Source: an uncultured virus (IMG/VR IMGVR_UViG_3300047499_000023) | Taxonomy: Duplodnaviria; Heunggongvirae; Uroviricota; Caudoviricetes | Length of the DNA stretch: 20,000 nucleotides | IMG/VR virus record: IMGVR_UViG_3300047499_000023 | Reading direction: 5' to 3' (one strand) | Shown here: positions 16,635 to 20,000 of the stretch, one piece after another | Layout: the number at the start of each line of letters is the position of its first letter | Position numbering within the stretch: position 1 is the stretch's first letter | Notes under the pieces: model-generated | The model's database searches: none | Told to the model about the DNA's origin: nothing | Seen by the model: the letters and a program-made list of their open reading frames with translations, nothing else | Position numbers and translations under genes: made by a program

Positions 16635-19108
16635 TCAAGAAATATCTCATTGCCGCGACGGCCATCGTTGTCGCCACCCTCTGCGGGATTCATGCCTGGT
16701 CGCAAGTCACGGCTTCGAAGGGCACGCACATCACCGTCAGCGGTGCATCGCTCGTGTTCAATTACACGACGTTCACCGGCTCGACGCCTGTCACGTCGAT
16801 CGTGAATGGCGGCACGGGCAACGGTGTGAGCGGCGGCGTCGTCTATATAGCCCAAGGCAACGGGCACCACCAGGGCGGCTCCGTTTGGAACAATGCCCAG
16901 GTAAACATCCAGTCGTTCACGATGAACGCGACGTTCACGCTGCCGACGTACAACGTGACGCTCACCGCGGGCAGCCCCAATATCACGCTGCCGTCGAATA
17001 ATGGATTCACGTCCACACAGACAGCGACCTTCACCGCGTCGTCCGCATCGATCGCCGCTTCGAATAATTTCGTGGCGGGCCTCCGAGTCACCTTCTCGAA
17101 TTCTGGCGGCGCGCTTCCCACGGGCATCTCGGCGGGGACGCAATACTACGTTCTCTCAACCGGGCTCACCGGCTCGACGTTTGAAATATCGCTGACGAAT
17201 GGCGGATCGGCCGTCGTCCCATCGAGCGCGGGAACCGGTACGCAGACCGTCACCTACTCCGTTGACGGCATCAAATTTGGTGGAAATTTCTCCAACGTCA
17301 CGGGGCTGACGCAGTACGGCTATTACTACATCGTGCAGATTTCCACGACGGGTGGAACGACCACGATTCAGGTGAGCTCGACCGCCGGCGGCACCCCAAT
17401 CACCCTGGGCGGGACGGGCACGGCGTCGGCGTCCATCGTTCCGATCGTGGGCGCAGGGTTCAGCGTACAAACCAGCACCAACACGACGCAAGGCGGATCC
17501 GGATATTACGGGCTTCAATTTACTGGGGACGCAAATCTATCTGGCATCGGAGGGTATGCGACTTCCGGCGGCACTCAGTACCCGCTCGGCAACAGCATCA
17601 ACATTAAGCTGGACATGGGCGCGTGCAACCAAACCGCCAACAGCTACGGGCCCGGCCAGACCTCAAACACCATTTCGCTGACGATCAACGGTGGACCGTT
17701 CAACTGCATCCAGCCGGTATTCGATCTAAACCCCTACGGCCTCGATCTTCATTCCGGCGACCTCATGTCGATCAACGTCGTTTACGACGGCAGCAATCTC
17801 GATGTCACGATCGCCGACACGGTGACAAGCGCCCAGGCGCGTTTCATCTGGCCCATGTCGAACCTAACCAGCATTGTCGGCGGCAACACGGCCTACGTGG
17901 GATTCACGTCGGGCATGATCCCGGCCGCGCAGGCCTGGGTGAGCACCTGGTCCTACTCGACGGGATACAACCCGCGTCTGTCGGCACCCTCTTTTGGGAG
18001 CGTGACGCCCGGCCTCTATTCGTCATCGCAGACCGTGACGCTGACGGCCGCCGCCGGCGCCACGATCTATTACTCGACGAACGGACTCCCGCCGACGAGC
18101 TCGTCGACGCAGTACACCGGGCCTTTCACGGTGAGTTCGACCCAAAACATCCAGGCGATCGCCGTCAAGTCGGGCTACACGACAAGCTATCCGAGCGGCG
18201 GCGTCTTTGAGATCGCATCCGGCAGCCCGCCCAACATCAATTTCCCCTCGGGATTCGCGTCGGCGGTTTCGTCCGGACAGATGGTGTTGAACGGCTACCC
18301 GTTCATCAGCGGGTCAAACCTGCAGCTCTCTCAAGCGCCTGGCGCGCAGGTGTTCAACATGGGGTCGGCCTGGTATGCCGTACCTCAGACTATCTCAACG
18401 TTCACGAGCAATTTCACTTTCTCCGCCTCGAGCCTGTTCAACAACGGCGGCGGCAGCCAGGTCGGGTTTCTTTACTGCCTGCAAAACTACTACCAGAGTC
18501 CCACGACCTACAACACGCCCCAGGATGGCGGATGGGTCACGGGCGGCCCTTCGTGGATGTTTGCGAACGCGGTCTCGCCGACCTCGTCGAGCCTGGTGAG
18601 CGGCATGGGATACGCGGCTGTCACGAACCAGGGGAGTTTGGTCGCGAATCAAACGCCGGGCCTCGGCAACAGCGTCTGCGTTGCATTCGATCTCACGGCC
18701 GGCAGCTACGGCGGCGTCGGCGAGTACAGCGGCGGCGCACCGCCCACCGGCAACACGGTCAACATGGCCTCGACGATGAACCTGTCGAACGGCGATCCGT
18801 ACTCGGTGGCCTTGAGTTACGACGGCACGACGCTCTCGCTTCTGATGACGGACACGCTCCATACCTCGAACACGTACTCGACCAGTTGGACGGTCAATAT
18901 CCCGTCGCTGGTCGGCGGCTCGACGACGGCCTATGCGGGGTTCGTGACCGGGGAGGGGTACTCGATCGCCAACATCGCCTTGTCGAACTGGACGATGTAC
19001 ATGCTGCCGGTGTTTTGCATCCCGCGCGGCCGCGGCTATCGGCGCCGGAGGCGGTCAAAACGTCGTGGGGTACAAGACGCCAGTATCCGCGGGTTCGCCC
19101 AAGGCTAA
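16631..19108 (+). CDS. Tandem L-type (legume/ConA-like) lectin protein with signal-peptide-like leader and a central chitobiase-C/FN3-associated domain
   Basis: Leader MIKKYLIAATAIVVATLCGIHAWS. Two lectin-like repeats ('GS.W...I.(S/T)FT.N.TF', 'YDG..L...D', 'VGG.TAY.GF', 'W'). Linker domain 'GLYSSSQTVTLT...GATIYYSTNG..PT.SST.YTGP...AIAVKSGY'. Confidence 0.75.
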   Translation: MIKKYLIAATAIVVATLCGIHAWSQVTASKGTHITVSGASLVFNYTTFTGSTPVTSIVNGGTGNGVSGGVVYIAQGNGHHQGGSVWNNAQVNIQSFTMNATFTLPTYNVTLTAGSPNITLPSNNGFTSTQTATFTASSASIAASNNFVAGLRVTFSNSGGALPTGISAGTQYYVLSTGLTGSTFEISLTNGGSAVVPSSAGTGTQTVTYSVDGIKFGGNFSNVTGLTQYGYYYIVQISTTGGTTTIQVSSTAGGTPITLGGTGTASASIVPIVGAGFSVQTSTNTTQGGSGYYGLQFTGDANLSGIGGYATSGGTQYPLGNSINIKLDMGACNQTANSYGPGQTSNTISLTINGGPFNCIQPVFDLNPYGLDLHSGDLMSINVVYDGSNLDVTIADTVTSAQARFIWPMSNLTSIVGGNTAYVGFTSGMIPAAQAWVSTWSYSTGYNPRLSAPSFGSVTPGLYSSSQTVTLTAAAGATIYYSTNGLPPTSSSTQYTGPFTVSSTQNIQAIAVKSGYTTSYPSGGVFEIASGSPPNINFPSGFASAVSSGQMVLNGYPFISGSNLQLSQAPGAQVFNMGSAWYAVPQTISTFTSNFTFSASSLFNNGGGSQVGFLYCLQNYYQSPTTYNTPQDGGWVTGGPSWMFANAVSPTSSSLVSGMGYAAVTNQGSLVANQTPGLGNSVCVAFDLTAGSYGGVGEYSGGAPPTGNTVNMASTMNLSNGDPYSVALSYDGTTLSLLMTDTLHTSNTYSTSWTVNIPSLVGGSTTAYAGFVTGEGYSIANIALSNWTMYMLPVFCIPRGRGYRRRRRSKRRGVQDASIRGFAQG

Positions 19109-19122
19109 AGGTGGCTCCCCCG

Positions 19123-19145
19123 TCCCGCGCTGGCGTACCGCGGGA
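19123..19145. terminator. GC-rich hairpin between convergent genes (possible bidirectional terminator)
   Basis: TCCCGCG-N9-CGCGGGA lies between the stops at 19108 (+) and 19153 (-). No clear U-tract. Confidence 0.3.
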
Positions 19146-19152
19146 GGATGTC

Positions 19153-19527
19153 TCATTGCTGGTTCGCGATCCCAGTATGCATGTCGACGTGGGTCGCGTT
19201 GGAGCTCGTCGACTTGAGCACGCCATTCTTGTCGAACAGCAGCACCGCCGTCTCGTTCGTCCCCTTGGCGCCGCCGGCAAAGAGCCCGACCACCGGCACA
19301 TAGCTCGCCGCGGTCGCGTGCGCCGCCGTGTGCATGTACACGTCCGACTTGGTCCCATCCGCCAAATAAGAAACGCTCGTAGGAGCCCCATACGCGGCGA
19401 TCACCTGCGCCTCCGTGGTCTCGCCCGGAACCAGGGTCGATAGCTGCGCCTGCGTGACCTTCGTCCCGCTGCTCATGCATCCCGCCATCAATCCCGCCAC
19501 CATCATTCCCGCCCATAGAGTCTTCAT
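19153..19527 (-). CDS. SmpA/OmlA (BamE)-like outer-membrane lipoprotein (moron)
   Basis: ATG at 19527 with GAGGGA RBS. MKTLWAGMMVAGLMAGC lipobox. 'LVPGETTEAQVIAAYGAP' and 'LLFDKNGVLK'. Confidence 0.75.
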   Translation of the reverse strand: MKTLWAGMMVAGLMAGCMSSGTKVTQAQLSTLVPGETTEAQVIAAYGAPTSVSYLADGTKSDVYMHTAAHATAASYVPVVGLFAGGAKGTNETAVLLFDKNGVLKSTSSNATHVDMHTGIANQQ

Positions 19528-19559
19528 CGTCGTTCCCTCGCTTGTTGTCGAAAAGCCCT

Positions 19560-19691
19560 TCACCACGCGTCGCAGTTTTGGCAACTCCCGGCGCGATTGC
19601 TGCGCTCGAGCGCCTCACCGCACCCCATGCAGCGCGTTCTCGTCCAAACGAGCCGCCGCCAAAGCCTCCATGCGCCTGCCAGAATCCTCAT
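19560..19691 (-). CDS. Putative 43-aa zinc-ribbon protein
   Basis: MRILAGAWRLWRRLVWTRTRCMGCGEALERSNRAGSCQNCDAW has CxxC-x12-CxxC. No clear RBS. Confidence 0.4.
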   Translation of the reverse strand: MRILAGAWRLWRRLVWTRTRCMGCGEALERSNRAGSCQNCDAW

Positions 19692-19841
19692 GACGTGGGA
19701 TGCTGCCTGACGCTGTGTTACATCACAACCACGGGTTGTATTCGTTTGGAATATCCGCATGGCTACTTCTGGAAAATCCCTGCCGATCGCCCGATATCGC
19801 GGAAAAATATTCCCACCGTCATGGCATTGATATGCCATAAG

Positions 19842-19854
19842 AATCACATTGTTA
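19842..19854 (+). promoter_or_regulatory. IHF-like site (left arm of att)
   Basis: AATCACATTGTTA has one mismatch to WATCAANNNNTTR. Confidence 0.4.
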
Positions 19855-19873
19855 TGCGCGAGAGCACGCCTCT

Positions 19874-19918
19874 CTACGAACCAGGAGGTCGGGAGTTCGA
19901 ATCTCTCCGGGCGCGCCA
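19874..19918 (+). mobile_element. Phage att core: 3' half of tRNA-Arg(ACG), anticodon loop to CCA
   Basis: CTACGAA anticodon loop, CCAGG, variable loop AGGTC, T-arm GGGAG-TTCGAAT-CTCTC, acceptor strand CGGGCGC-G-CCA. The 5' half of the tRNA is absent upstream. Confidence 0.88.
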
Positions 19919-19922
19919 TTAA

Positions 19923-19935
19923 ATTCAAGCACTTG
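19923..19935 (+). promoter_or_regulatory. IHF-like site (right arm of att)
   Basis: ATTCAAGCACTTG has one mismatch to WATCAANNNNTTR and lies immediately 3' of the CCA. Confidence 0.45.
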
Positions 19936-19965
19936 TCCTCGCGCCCCTTCCGCCTCTTTTGGCCC

Positions 19966-20000
19966 TGCTACCAAAATGCTACCGCTGCCCGCGAGTAGCA
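19966..20000. repeat. Putative integrase arm-type repeats (TGCTACC x2, plus inverted GTAGCA)
   Basis: TGCTACC at 19966-19972 and 19977-19983 (11-bp spacing). GTAGCA at 19995-20000. Confidence 0.5.

Noticed and set aside
16600..16715. Programmed frameshift or GTCACGG-mediated deletion fusing 16383 to 16631
   Set aside because: No slippery heptamer. A -1 shift would place a signal peptide inside the Ig turn, and deletion between the 7-mers (16617, 16706) would remove the turn needed between the last two strands.
18995..19070. PEP-CTERM/sortase-type sorting signal
   Set aside because: A basic cluster is present, but there is no PEP or LPxTG motif and the hydrophobic stretch is too short for a TM helix.
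2907..19108. Diversity-generating retroelement or invertible fibre cassette
   Set aside because: No reverse transcriptase or invertase, and no ~100-bp adenine-mismatched repeat pair or inverted crossover sites were noticed by eye.
19845..19918. Complete tRNA-Arg gene
   Set aside because: No 5' acceptor strand or D-arm, and the anticodon stem 5' side does not pair. Only the 3' 45 nt match.
19542..19928. ORFs 19542-19922 (+) and full-length 19560-19928 (-)
   Set aside because: They run across the tRNA fragment and att arms. Only the Cys-containing 3' part of the minus ORF is plausible.
1..20000. CRISPR array, IS element, intron or intein
   Set aside because: No regularly spaced repeats, transposase, homing endonuclease or intein splice motifs were recognised.

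Overview
Late-gene region of a GC-rich temperate siphophage, probably from a proteobacterial host. Almost all genes are on the + strand and translationally coupled. In order: (1) the end of a tail module (tape-measure C-terminus, DUF2460 distal tail, DUF2163/BR0599 hub, NlpC/P60, 1212-aa tail-tip protein, fibre-chaperone-like gene); (2) an enlarged lysis and membrane cassette (GH24 lysozyme, holin-like genes, two lipoproteins, DUF6527-like protein, stand-alone minimal nucleotidyltransferase, DUF1353); (3) an 8.3-kb accessory cluster (10852-19108) built as two paralogous modules encoding beta-rich glycan-active proteins (GH16, putative glycosidase barrel plus FN3, tandem L-type lectin); (4) a reverse-strand SmpA/BamE-like lipoprotein moron; (5) a 45-bp 3' half of tRNA-Arg(ACG) flanked by IHF-like and arm-like sites, which looks like attP. 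The most unusual signal is in the accessory cluster. Twice, a small gene encodes an Ig-like (He_PIG-type) domain that lacks its final strand(s), and the missing strand(s) appear at the N-terminus of a downstream glycan-binding or glycan-degrading protein. This suggests assembly by strand complementation in trans. There are also shared and nested insertion domains. All family assignments come from motif recognition by eye, not from database searches.
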